From NCBI GenBank assembly GCA_045592665.1, contig JAZNVE010000148.1, forward strand, positions 1 through 62,282: DNA of 62,282 nucleotides, written 5' to 3'. A program made the position numbers and the translations under genes. The stretch comes from Acutalibacteraceae bacterium. GTDB lineage: Bacteria > Bacillota > Clostridia > Oscillospirales > Acutalibacteraceae. The stretch's first letter is position 1, and every line of letters starts with the position of its first letter. Positions 16,823 to 26,102 of the stretch are shown one piece after another. The notes beneath the pieces are model-generated. The model had not been told where the DNA came from and made no database searches. It saw only the letters and a list, made by a program, of their open reading frames with translations.

Positions 16823-18805
16823 TCACACCGATGCTTCAGTATTTACCGAAAAATCAAAATCAAATTTGCCGAAAAACTCATCCAGGTCCGCCTTACTTGA
16901 GGTAATCGTATCAGTCGGAATAGCCGCATAATAAGAGCTGTATACTGATTGGGGCTGATTATATATATTTTCTGTGGTACCCGAAAAACCTTCTTCTACT
17001 GTTGAAGCTTTACCTGTGATATCAAGGCCATAATCAACCTTTTTGACATCCTTGCCGTAACCTTTTCCGTTAGCAACATAATATTGAGCTGCTGAACCCG
17101 TATGTGTTTTTATAGCCTTATGACCCTTAATGGTAATGAATTGCAGTGTAGTTTCGTTTGTAGCAACATTATAGTCATCTAAATGATGCCACACATATTC
17201 CTTGTTCGGACCTTTTCGCATAGAAGCAAAATCTATATCTACACCTTGCTTTTTAAGTATCTTCTCTGCTTCGCGGAAATCTCTTTCGCGATTACCGGTT
17301 GCCTTAATTTTAACCTGTACGGGCTCACCGGAATCGAAACGAAGTATTTCATCCGTTTCAGAAAAATCAGCACCGTTTTGAGGTGTACGTTTTATGTTTT
17401 CAATACCTGCTTTTTCTCCGTCAAGAACAGGGTCATGTTTACTGTTATAATCAGATGCAAAACTATCTGCCTTATTCTGTGCCCGTTTATTTGTAACTAT
17501 ATTATCAACTGCACCACCGGCGCCACCAATTGCCGCATCTGTAAGAAGACTTTTTCCGTCAAACACTTTAGCAAATTCTTCCTCAGCATCGCCACCAAAT
17601 GCAACGGATATGGTAGCCGCCGCTGTACGAGACACTATGCCCGAGCCCACCTCGGAAGCAGAGCCTATTACCGCTGATGTTCCGATTCTTACAAGTGAAT
17701 TAGAAGAATGTAACAAATTTTTTCCGATCACCGACGAGTTTAATTTATTGGTTATACCTCCGCCTATACCGGCACCTATGGCACCCGTAGCAAAACCGGT
17801 TATACCTGCCGCCACTGTATCCTTAGCTATCTTACCCCAATCATATTCACTACGGTCATAACCGTGCTCAATGTATTCATCAGCCATACCGTGTAAACCT
17901 GTGCTTATTATGGCAGAACCTGCCGAAACAGCACCTGCTATAAGAGGAGCTCCTGCACCGCCTGTAGCGGCAGTAACCACAATAGCGCCTACAATACAAA
18001 CTGCCGTTACTACCCACTTAAACACCTTAGCTTTTCGCTCACGCTCGGCACGTTCCTCTTCAAGAATCTCAACGCGTTCTTTTTGATTTTCAATTTCAGT
18101 TTCAATAAGCTCCTGCTTTGATTGTTGCTCCTTGTCAACCTCTACGTAGGCAGCATACAATTTTTGAAAGCTTTCGGAACCGGCTAAATCATATATGCTG
18201 AAATTCTTTTTGTAGGACCTGCCTTTTGACTGACATTCCTTTATAAATGCGGTAAGAGTATGTATCAGCTCGCCCGTATTTACAAAATCATTCTGATAAT
18301 GTTTGTTCTCCAGAGCTTTTATATCGTTATCTAAATCAGTGATAAACTTTTCGATATTTTCGTGTGCGTAATATACCTCGCCCACATCTTTGTATGAAAG
18401 ATAGTATATATCCCTGATATCGGACATTATACTCGCCAAGGCATCATCAACTTGTATTGCACGTTTTTTCTTGTTAGTTACGTCCGACTTTATTTCCTTT
18501 AATTCTGCTTCTTTAATAATAACGTGAGTATTCTTATCAATATTTGAAAAATAATCTCTTTTATATAAAAAGCAATTTTTTTGGTGTGCCGACATCAACT
18601 GACCCAGCAAGCCCTGAATCATCCCGTGCACAGACTCAAAATACGTTTTTATATTGTCTGCGCCGGCACCGGACATATTTCCGGTAGTTTGAATGGTTTT
18701 AAGTGCTTCAGAAACATCTTCGAGCTCTGTACCCCAAGTGTTTATCTGATTTGATAAGCTCGAATCAAAAGCATCCAAAGCATCGAAATCAACTTGATAT
18801 CCCAT
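16823..18805 (-). CDS. module 1 LXG polymorphic toxin with a glycine-zipper membrane-like region and a C-terminal WHH (HNH/EndoVII-fold) nuclease
   Basis: RBS GAGGGAAG. N-terminal LXG pattern (NMSGAGADNIKTYFESVHG). At about aa 255-445 a Gly/Ala-rich hydrophobic stretch (AAGITGFATGAIGAGIGGGI). C-terminal YVWHHLDD...LQFITIKGHKAIKTHTG matches the WHH nuclease motif. Confidence 0.9.
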   Translation of the reverse strand: MGYQVDFDALDAFDSSLSNQINTWGTELEDVSEALKTIQTTGNMSGAGADNIKTYFESVHGMIQGLLGQLMSAHQKNCFLYKRDYFSNIDKNTHVIIKEAELKEIKSDVTNKKKRAIQVDDALASIMSDIRDIYYLSYKDVGEVYYAHENIEKFITDLDNDIKALENKHYQNDFVNTGELIHTLTAFIKECQSKGRSYKKNFSIYDLAGSESFQKLYAAYVEVDKEQQSKQELIETEIENQKERVEILEEERAERERKAKVFKWVVTAVCIVGAIVVTAATGGAGAPLIAGAVSAGSAIISTGLHGMADEYIEHGYDRSEYDWGKIAKDTVAAGITGFATGAIGAGIGGGITNKLNSSVIGKNLLHSSNSLVRIGTSAVIGSASEVGSGIVSRTAAATISVAFGGDAEEEFAKVFDGKSLLTDAAIGGAGGAVDNIVTNKRAQNKADSFASDYNSKHDPVLDGEKAGIENIKRTPQNGADFSETDEILRFDSGEPVQVKIKATGNRERDFREAEKILKKQGVDIDFASMRKGPNKEYVWHHLDDYNVATNETTLQFITIKGHKAIKTHTGSAAQYYVANGKGYGKDVKKVDYGLDITGKASTVEEGFSGTTENIYNQPQSVYSSYYAAIPTDTITSSKADLDEFFGKFDFDFSVNTEASV

Positions 18806-18823
18806 AACTTCCCTCGCTGAAAA

Positions 18824-19093
18824 TTATCTGTTTCCTGATGCTATTTTTTCATCCATTTGCTCAACATCCTTAATCATTTTATTCATATCCTTAGCATCTT
18901 TTTTCACAAGCTCCGCATACAATCTGAGCAAATTTCTTATATCTTTTTGTTGTTGAATGTATTCCATACTGGTTTTTAGTGTTTTTACATCACTTTTATC
19001 TACATTCACGCCATCCGCTGCCAATGCTTCACCCTTAGATTTAAAAGTATTGACCTCTCCCGACAAGCCGGGTGACACTTTAAATTCTGCCAT
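18824..19093 (-). CDS. small helical Lap1-like (TIGR04197/YwqI-like) protein
   Basis: RBS AAAGGA. 89 aa. AEFKVSPG...LLRLYAELVKKDAKDMNKMIKDVEQMDEKIA fits the SACOL2603/YwqI-type pattern. Confidence 0.75.
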   Translation of the reverse strand: MAEFKVSPGLSGEVNTFKSKGEALAADGVNVDKSDVKTLKTSMEYIQQQKDIRNLLRLYAELVKKDAKDMNKMIKDVEQMDEKIASGNR

Positions 19094-19106
19094 ATTATTT
19101 CATCCT

Positions 19107-19535
19107 TTAATTGAAGAAATTTTCTATCTTGTTTGCTAAACTGTTTATTGTTGAACCAAGTCTTCCCAGCAAACCGTATTCTTGCATTCGTTTATTCTCT
19201 ATTCTTGTTATTTCGTTGTTGATGGAGTCAAGTACATAGTCAAGGGTATTTTTATAATAGTCTTCGTTACGATCCACCGCAACATCACCTTTTACTTTGA
19301 AGCTATTATAATTCTGACCCTCCCACTCATATTTTTCTTTATATATTTTTTCATCTTCTTTTTTTATCGTTTTGAATTGCCTTTTCTGTTCCGCAACCCG
19401 TTCCTTCGCTTTCCTTAATCTGCGAAGCAGATAATTACACTCTTCAATACGGTTGGAGCACGCATTATACTGATTCCTGGCAGTATTCCTTCTTCTTACA
19501 AGGCTGTTATATTGACTCATATCCTTTTCAGCCAT
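19107..19535 (-). CDS. YwqH/DUF5082-like helical protein with an internal WxG
   Basis: RBS AAGGGGGG. 142 aa. YEWEGQNYNSF (W-x-G) and a DSINNEITRIENK...LGRLGSTINSL tail. Confidence 0.7.
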   Translation of the reverse strand: MAEKDMSQYNSLVRRRNTARNQYNACSNRIEECNYLLRRLRKAKERVAEQKRQFKTIKKEDEKIYKEKYEWEGQNYNSFKVKGDVAVDRNEDYYKNTLDYVLDSINNEITRIENKRMQEYGLLGRLGSTINSLANKIENFFN

Positions 19536-19550
19536 TGTTGAACCCCCCTT

Positions 19551-19587
19551 AATTACAAAATTCGCCCGACAACGCCTGTTGTCGGGC
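19551..19587 (-). terminator. hairpin terminator/attenuator immediately after esxA
   Basis: 11-bp stem cgcccgacaac / gttgtcgggcg (19562-19587), followed on the minus strand by AATTTTGTAATT. Confidence 0.55.
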
Positions 19588-19603
19588 GATAACCAACCAA
19601 CAA

Positions 19604-19897
19604 TTAAGCCTTGAACTGGTTAGCAATGCTTGTATCTGTTTCTTCAACAATTTTAGCTGTTGAATCAAGAGCTGTAGCAATTTCGTAAATGAGAGCCTCT
19701 GCTTTCTGGAAACCGGGTTTAAGCTCCTGGTAACGTGCTGCATAGGATTCGCTTGCTGCACCTTCCCATTCAGCCTGGAGCTGCTGAAGCAAGTTGTCTA
19801 ACTGAGCGATAACGCCGTTAACTGCTTCGCCCTGTCTGCGATACTGATTTGCTTTTTCTCTCATCTGATCAGGAGTAATTCTGATTTGACCTGCCAT
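19604..19897 (-). CDS. esxA: WXG100 family protein EsxA
   Basis: 97 aa. RBS GGAGGGA. IRITPDQM...LQAEWEGAASESY (WxG) in a helix-turn-helix layout. Confidence 0.9.
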   Translation of the reverse strand: MAGQIRITPDQMREKANQYRRQGEAVNGVIAQLDNLLQQLQAEWEGAASESYAARYQELKPGFQKAEALIYEIATALDSTAKIVEETDTSIANQFKA

Positions 19898-19970
19898 AAT
19901 TTTTCCCTCCGAAAAATTCTCTCGCTTTGCGAGTTATTTTTTAAACCGATTCTTTCGGTTCAACGTCTAC

Positions 19971-19999
19971 ATTATTGCACATATTTTTTCGTTTTTAAA
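19971..19999 (-). promoter_or_regulatory. esxA promoter-like box (TTTAAA-N17-TGcAATAAT) with adjacent palindrome
   Basis: Minus strand reads AGTACTCcaagaGAGTATTTAAAAACGAAAAAATATGTGCAATAAT. The palindrome TACTC-N5-GAGTA at 20000-20014 abuts the -35. Confidence 0.55.
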
Positions 20000-20207
20000 T
20001 ACTCTCTTGGAGTACTGTTTCTTTTTTAGCGAAATGCAACAATAATATGCTCGATACTTGTTAAACATCACCAAAAAACTCCGATTTCATATATTAAACG
20101 CGCTCTTATCAACGTCAATAAATTCAAATTTCCCCTTTTTGAAAAGGTATATTTATTTAATTTTTTAAAACGGAATTTTTTGTTTTGTATTTTTTAATCC
20201 AAGAAAT

Positions 20208-23200
20208 TTATGACTGCTGTGTTAAAACACTCTTAATTTTCAGACAATCGTTATCCTTGATATAATAACAATCACCTAAGTCTATGGGTTTTTTAAACGC
20301 ACGCATAACCGCCAACGGCAAATCTATTATTTTCATATTTGAAATATCATCAAAGTACATAAATCTGCGAGCATCACGAAGACTTTTAATAAGCTCGGGT
20401 GATGAATAGGATATATTTGTATTCTCATATCCGCCGAATATTACACAAACATTCATATTTTTGTACTTGCCTACAATGTTTTTATAAGCATCCATAACAC
20501 TCATATTAGTGCTGATATATTGCATTGCATCCGCGTTGTTTACAATAAGCACAAGGAGCTTTGATTCCTCTAATACGGAATCCTCACCCGAAGCCAGACG
20601 TGAATATCTTGACTGTAATTCTTCTTCGATTGTTTTTATTGCATCCGCACTCTTTTCAGGCATAACCTCATATGAAACAACGTTTGCGTTAGCCTTGAGA
20701 GGCATAAGCTTCTTATTGATACCGTCAATAATATGAACTTCTGTTTTATCTGCATAATATTCTTCAAGAGAATTTACCAGATACTTAATGAAATTATGCT
20801 TTCCTGAGCCATCGCGACCTGTAACCGTAAGGGGACCGCCCATATTGGCAAGATCAAGCACAAAGGGACTTACGCAAGCATAATCCAGACCCGCAACAAC
20901 AGAGAAGCCATCCTGCATATATCCCGTAAGATTCTCTCTTACAAAGGATTCCGTCAACATTTCGGGAATTACGGGTATCATCTTTGCAAAGGATTTCTTG
21001 TATTTGCTGTTTGTTTGTGCTATAAATTCCTTTATTTCTTTTACTCGGTCGATTTCTTTTTCTCCCTTGAATGCCAAATATGCCTGACAATCAAGGTGAG
21101 TTTTATCTATTTCAACAATACATCTGCCGTGAATATCATCAATGCGTTCACTGCAATGGTCGAACAAAGAGCTGTACTCGTTTGAATCATTACAGAACAA
21201 AGCAATACGTGTAGAGAAGTTTGAAAGATACTTATAACCGATTCCCTGAGTCTGGGAGTTTGCGATAATTATACTTATACCCACCGACAAGCCCTCACGA
21301 CAAATGGCAAGAAGCTCATCATCGTCCTGGAAATAAAGCTCCTTAAGGGCAGTAAGGTTATCTATCATAAGAACTATCTGAGGAAGATCCGTTCTGCCCG
21401 CTTCACGATAGGCGGAAAACGAGCTTACACCCACGGACAGAAGCTTCTCTTTTCGTTGTGCAATTTCGGTATTGATGAGCTTAAAAAGATTTTTAAGCTT
21501 TTCATCCTCTGATGATGTTACAACACCGCCCACATGATTAAGCTTCTCAAAGTTTTTAAGAACCATTGAAGCAAAGTCTATAATATAAATAGAAACCTCA
21601 TCGGGTGTATATTTAGTTGACAAGCTTCTGATGATATTTTGTAAAATATTTGTTTTACCGCTCTGTGCAGAACCGATAAGCATAACATTCTGATTCCCCA
21701 CATCGATTTTATATGTTCCCTGATACTGGTTATCCGGGTCATCATAAACACCGATCTCAACCTCAATTTTGCCGTCATCGGCTCTTTCGTGGTCCACAAA
21801 ATCAATGCACGTGCTCAACGACGGCAGACAGATATCGGGCAATTTTTTAATTTGTTTGCTTTCAAAATGGTTGTGCACATACTCAACGATTGCATCCAGC
21901 TGTGTGGAGCCTCCGTCAGTTTTATCTTTTTTCTGCACATATACGGGAACGCGTTTACCGGAATCGGTCATCTGGAAAATAGCAAACTCTTTAACCTTGC
22001 TTTCGTCAGCCTTTTCAGATGCACCGCTGTACGCGGATTGGAACAATTCAAATATTTCGTTGTTACCCACCTGTAAATATGCGCGACCGGGCTCTTTGAT
22101 TTCAGCGGCGAGGGGGGATTTAATAACCTCGTTACTGTCCTCCTGACTCTGAACCTTAAGACAGAGCTTAAATCTTGAGTTACTCCATATCTGCTCGTTA
22201 ACCTGACCCGCAGGCTTCTGAGTCGCAAGAATAAGGTGTACACCAAGGCTTCGACCTATACGGGCAGCAGAAATAAGCTCCTTCATAAACTCGGGCTGTT
22301 CCGCTTTAAGCTCAGCGAACTCGTCAACAACAATAATAAGGTGGGGTAACGGAGTTTTAGTTTCGCCGGCTTTATATTTTTTGATATATTTATCAATATG
22401 GTTAACATCCGCTTCCGCAAAAAGTCTCTGTCGTTTTTGAAGCTCAGCTTTAATTGATTTAAGAGAACGGTTAATCTCCTTACCGTCAATATTGGTAATT
22501 GCGCCCATCATATGGGGTAAATCACGAAACTGGTTAGCCATACCACCACCCTTGAAGTCGATAATAACAAAACCTACTTCATAAGGATGGAACAACGTAG
22601 CCATTGAAAGAATATATGTCTGAAGAATCTCGGATTTACCTGAACCGGTTGTACCGGCAACAAGACCGTGAGGTCCGTGTGCCTTATCGTGCAGGTCGAG
22701 ATATACGGTGCTTGTTTTGGAAACACCTAAAGGCGCTGCCATGGATTTGAAAACCTTGGATGTGCTCCAACGTTTGTCCAAATCAATATCATCAACCGCG
22801 AGAATATTTAACAATTCAAACAAGGATATGTTTTTCGTAAGAGAGCCTTCAAGTGAAATTTCCTCCGTATAAACAGGGGCAAGAATACGTACAATATCCG
22901 CTGCAGAAGCATTATCAATCTTGGGATATGTAAAGACTTGTGTTTTGCTTCTGTCCTCTGTATGTACGAGTGCCGCTGTATTATTACCCTGAATGTCAAT
23001 AATATAGGAGCAACCCATAGGCACATCTGCTTTTGTATTACCGAAGAACACAAAAATCACACCTAAATCCTTAGCTTCATCAACAAATCTTGAAATAGGA
23101 TGATTCTGGAACCCATATTCATCGTGGAAGAATACCACAATTCTGTTATCAAACTTCTTTTCCTGCTTTCTGTAGGAAAGCTCTTTGTAAAGGTACTCGA

Positions 23201-24719
23201 AAACAAGATTTTTGCTTTCATCATCCGTAACAATAAGGCGACTGCCTATTTCCTCCGAATATGCGTGAGGCAGCATACGTAACCAACGAACATTTTTGGC
23301 GTGTCTGTTTTCTGCCACGAAAATCATTTTAACATCGCTGAAATACTGTCTTGCGGCAATATCGACGATAAGATTTTTCATTATCTCAAAGCGCTCGTAT
23401 TTATCACCCACAACACCTATTGCGTTAGCTTCCTTAAGGTCACACACAATTGGAGCATCTTTGATATATTTGTATTCCTCGCTGAGTTTTTCGGGCATCT
23501 GCTGAAGGTCATCACCCACTTCAAGCTTTTCTTGTTTCTTATAGTTTATTTCGCGGGTTGCCTCAACAAGACCATTGCCAAGCCTTACGCAAAGAAAATC
23601 GTCATCTGTGGGGCGTCTGTCGAACAAATCCGATGAGAAAATGCCGAATCTCTGTCTTTCAACATCCTGCGAAACATATATTTCCTCGCGGACCTTATGC
23701 TCCTCAGCACGACATTTTTCAATATCCTTGCGTTTCTGGGCAATATATGCGTTATATGTATCTATACGCTCCTTAAGACTATGCTCATAGTCTTTTTTGC
23801 CCTCGGACCTATTCAATATAACCGTAAGAATTGATACAACAACAGAGAAAAGGCTGACAACTATCATAGCCGGATTCACAAACGCCATCATTATAGACGA
23901 CATTACCATTGTCAGAGAAGGTAACAATTTTGTTATCAATGATCCATTTTTAGGCTTCTGGGGCTTTGCTGAAGGGTCAAGAATCTCAATTTTTTCATCA
24001 TTGATAATTGACTTTATTCTTGTATTACGGTTGAATTTGGGATACGAATTCTGCTCCGGACAATCCTTGTAGGTTACGGAGTTTAAGCCCATATCATCTC
24101 TTATCTGAGTCCAGATTTTACCGTCTTTATAATAGAAGAAATAATCGGACAATGAGAAGAAGTCACCGTTTTTAATGATTTCATCACCAAGGGCTTTTTT
24201 ACCGTTGTGGTAAACGCCATATTGGCTGTATCCGATTTTAAGCTGATACCCTTCTCCTTTTTTCAATAATGTAATCGTATCATTTTTTATAAAAGGACTT
24301 GCTAAAACAATATTACCGCCGGCATTCGCCCCGATGGATATTGAGCTGAGGCTTGCAACGTCAAGAATTCTCTCATATTTAACCTTACCGTTATCAAAAT
24401 CTATAAGGAATTCAATAGTGAAAGCGGTAATATCCGAATCCTGGTATTTAACATCAATAATGTCGCCGTTTCTTAAGGATATATTCATAAGCTTTCTTAC
24501 GTCGCCTACGGAAAGATATAAATTATCCGAACAGAACACGGACCATTGAGCATTGTTTTTAGTAAATAACAGTTCAATGGGACCAAAGAACAGATTTTTG
24601 TGTAAACGGGCTTCACAATCAACACCCGTACCTATTTTGTACTGATTGTACTCGGGCGTTAATTCAACCTCCTTATATAAATTCTGATTAGAAATGATTA
24701 TTTTATATCTGCTGTTCAT
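20208..24719 (-). CDS. essC: T7SS FtsK/SpoIIIE-family ATPase EssC
   Basis: 1503 aa. RBS AAGGGGG. Two N-terminal FHA-like repeats and two TM helices at about aa 260-300. Three P-loop domains with Walker A motifs GTTGSGKSE, GSAQSGKTN and GRDGSGKHN. Confidence 0.95.
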   Translation of the reverse strand: MNSRYKIIISNQNLYKEVELTPEYNQYKIGTGVDCEARLHKNLFFGPIELLFTKNNAQWSVFCSDNLYLSVGDVRKLMNISLRNGDIIDVKYQDSDITAFTIEFLIDFDNGKVKYERILDVASLSSISIGANAGGNIVLASPFIKNDTITLLKKGEGYQLKIGYSQYGVYHNGKKALGDEIIKNGDFFSLSDYFFYYKDGKIWTQIRDDMGLNSVTYKDCPEQNSYPKFNRNTRIKSIINDEKIEILDPSAKPQKPKNGSLITKLLPSLTMVMSSIMMAFVNPAMIVVSLFSVVVSILTVILNRSEGKKDYEHSLKERIDTYNAYIAQKRKDIEKCRAEEHKVREEIYVSQDVERQRFGIFSSDLFDRRPTDDDFLCVRLGNGLVEATREINYKKQEKLEVGDDLQQMPEKLSEEYKYIKDAPIVCDLKEANAIGVVGDKYERFEIMKNLIVDIAARQYFSDVKMIFVAENRHAKNVRWLRMLPHAYSEEIGSRLIVTDDESKNLVFEYLYKELSYRKQEKKFDNRIVVFFHDEYGFQNHPISRFVDEAKDLGVIFVFFGNTKADVPMGCSYIIDIQGNNTAALVHTEDRSKTQVFTYPKIDNASAADIVRILAPVYTEEISLEGSLTKNISLFELLNILAVDDIDLDKRWSTSKVFKSMAAPLGVSKTSTVYLDLHDKAHGPHGLVAGTTGSGKSEILQTYILSMATLFHPYEVGFVIIDFKGGGMANQFRDLPHMMGAITNIDGKEINRSLKSIKAELQKRQRLFAEADVNHIDKYIKKYKAGETKTPLPHLIIVVDEFAELKAEQPEFMKELISAARIGRSLGVHLILATQKPAGQVNEQIWSNSRFKLCLKVQSQEDSNEVIKSPLAAEIKEPGRAYLQVGNNEIFELFQSAYSGASEKADESKVKEFAIFQMTDSGKRVPVYVQKKDKTDGGSTQLDAIVEYVHNHFESKQIKKLPDICLPSLSTCIDFVDHERADDGKIEVEIGVYDDPDNQYQGTYKIDVGNQNVMLIGSAQSGKTNILQNIIRSLSTKYTPDEVSIYIIDFASMVLKNFEKLNHVGGVVTSSEDEKLKNLFKLINTEIAQRKEKLLSVGVSSFSAYREAGRTDLPQIVLMIDNLTALKELYFQDDDELLAICREGLSVGISIIIANSQTQGIGYKYLSNFSTRIALFCNDSNEYSSLFDHCSERIDDIHGRCIVEIDKTHLDCQAYLAFKGEKEIDRVKEIKEFIAQTNSKYKKSFAKMIPVIPEMLTESFVRENLTGYMQDGFSVVAGLDYACVSPFVLDLANMGGPLTVTGRDGSGKHNFIKYLVNSLEEYYADKTEVHIIDGINKKLMPLKANANVVSYEVMPEKSADAIKTIEEELQSRYSRLASGEDSVLEESKLLVLIVNNADAMQYISTNMSVMDAYKNIVGKYKNMNVCVIFGGYENTNISYSSPELIKSLRDARRFMYFDDISNMKIIDLPLAVMRAFKKPIDLGDCYYIKDNDCLKIKSVLTQQS

Positions 24720-24733
24720 TACTTTATGCCCCC

Positions 24734-24988
24734 TTACTCGGTAAAGTTAATTACGCTTCCGTTACGAATACCGTATTCCTTAAGCGTTTTATTACCACGA
24801 AGTAATGCTATGGGATTTTCCGCTTTAAGATAGCAATTCTTAACATCCGCTGTATCAATACCTAACTGATATGCCTGATTCAAAGCAATTGTAAGGTCAT
24901 TTCCCGAAATATCAAGGGGCACCTCTAAATCCACCGAAAAACCTCTGTTTAAAATATTGAAAATAATAATCGCTGTTTCTTTAGCCAT
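24734..24988 (-). CDS. esaB: YukD/EsaB-like ubiquitin-fold protein
   Basis: 84 aa, immediately upstream of essC. RBS GGGGGGA. Beta-grasp-like pattern ending KTLKEYGIRNGSVINF. Confidence 0.75.
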   Translation of the reverse strand: MAKETAIIIFNILNRGFSVDLEVPLDISGNDLTIALNQAYQLGIDTADVKNCYLKAENPIALLRGNKTLKEYGIRNGSVINFTE

Positions 24989-25018
24989 ATATTTCCCCCC
25001 ACAAAAATCTGATTGAAT

Positions 25019-26077
25019 TTATATAATCAAAAATGTCGTTTTTTGTATCCCTTTTTCATTTGAAAAATCGTCCGCCTTCATTCTCGGATAATTTGAAAAA
25101 TGCTCAATATATTCATTTACTGCAAATTTCATCGATAATTCTGACGAAACAAGGGCGTTTGCATTACCTCTGTCAAAATCATTGCATACGAACAGATACT
25201 TTTCCGAATTGAGACCGTTTATATTTGATGCCATAATATTGGTAGCATAAACCGCGCCCATATCCTGCTTAGTAACAATAATAACTTTATCCGCTGCATT
25301 GATTAATCCTGCTTTAAAATCATCAAAGGCTATGTCCGCATCCACTACTATATAGTCATATTCTTTGGATTTTTTCGCAGCAACCGCAAGCTCGGAAAAG
25401 ACCATATAGCTGATTCCCAAGGACATCAACGATGATTTAAAGGGTGGTATGTAACTGAACTGCTCTTTTCTTACAACATGCTTTATTTCTGAAAAAACAA
25501 GGGTTGAACGGTTCGTAAACCTCGAATACACATCCAATGCAGTTATGGGTGTTTTGTTATCTAACAGGTGCTGAAAGTGCTGTAGTCGGTCCGCATTTAT
25601 GTATAAAACCTTTTTATAGTTCTTGGTAAGGCAGGAGCTTATACCCATAGCGACGGTTGTTTTGCCCACTCCGCCACAGGCAGAAGTAACAAGTATTATC
25701 TGAGGCTCCTTTTTCTCGTTTACGTGTACCCTTAAGGAGCCCTGACTCTTACCTATAATTTCGGTGAAAATCTCTTTAATGCTTGTATATTTATAAATAT
25801 GACTTACATTAAGCTGAGCCGTGGATTCTTCTGTATACTGCTCGGTCATCAAAAAAATATGACCTATATCGTGTCTTAAAACGCTATTATCAAATAAATC
25901 TTCTGATATTATAAGAATTTCCGCCTTTTTGGGCTCGGAAAAATATTGGTTAAAATAATCCTCTTTCGTTATAACCTCAATATCTACCTTTTCGAAAAAT
26001 TCTTCTATGAATTTATATTGTATGGGAATTACGTAATCCTTATCAGAATCAGCAATTATAATCTTGGGTTTTGCCAT
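25019..26077 (-). CDS. receiver-like domain fused to a ParA/MinD/CpaE-type P-loop ATPase
   Basis: N-terminal KIIIADSDKDYV...ILIISEDL resembles a CheY-like fold. P-loop ILVTSACGGVGKTTVAMG and Walker B-like YDYIVVDAD. The signature Lys of KGGxGK is Cys here. Confidence 0.8.
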   Translation of the reverse strand: MAKPKIIIADSDKDYVIPIQYKFIEEFFEKVDIEVITKEDYFNQYFSEPKKAEILIISEDLFDNSVLRHDIGHIFLMTEQYTEESTAQLNVSHIYKYTSIKEIFTEIIGKSQGSLRVHVNEKKEPQIILVTSACGGVGKTTVAMGISSCLTKNYKKVLYINADRLQHFQHLLDNKTPITALDVYSRFTNRSTLVFSEIKHVVRKEQFSYIPPFKSSLMSLGISYMVFSELAVAAKKSKEYDYIVVDADIAFDDFKAGLINAADKVIIVTKQDMGAVYATNIMASNINGLNSEKYLFVCNDFDRGNANALVSSELSMKFAVNEYIEHFSNYPRMKADDFSNEKGIQKTTFLII

Positions 26078-26102
26078 ACCGATTTATATCCCTTCTGCAA
26101 TT

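Noticed and set aside
17183-18086. Three plus-strand ORFs (164, 83 and 71 aa) opposite the LXG toxin gene.
   Set aside because: They are antisense to a gene with strong motif support (LXG, WHH). Their Ala/Pro/Thr-rich composition reflects the Gly/Ala-rich sense frame.
19549-19761. 70-aa minus-strand ORF overlapping esxA.
   Set aside because: It is out of frame within esxA and runs through the terminator hairpin. No RBS.
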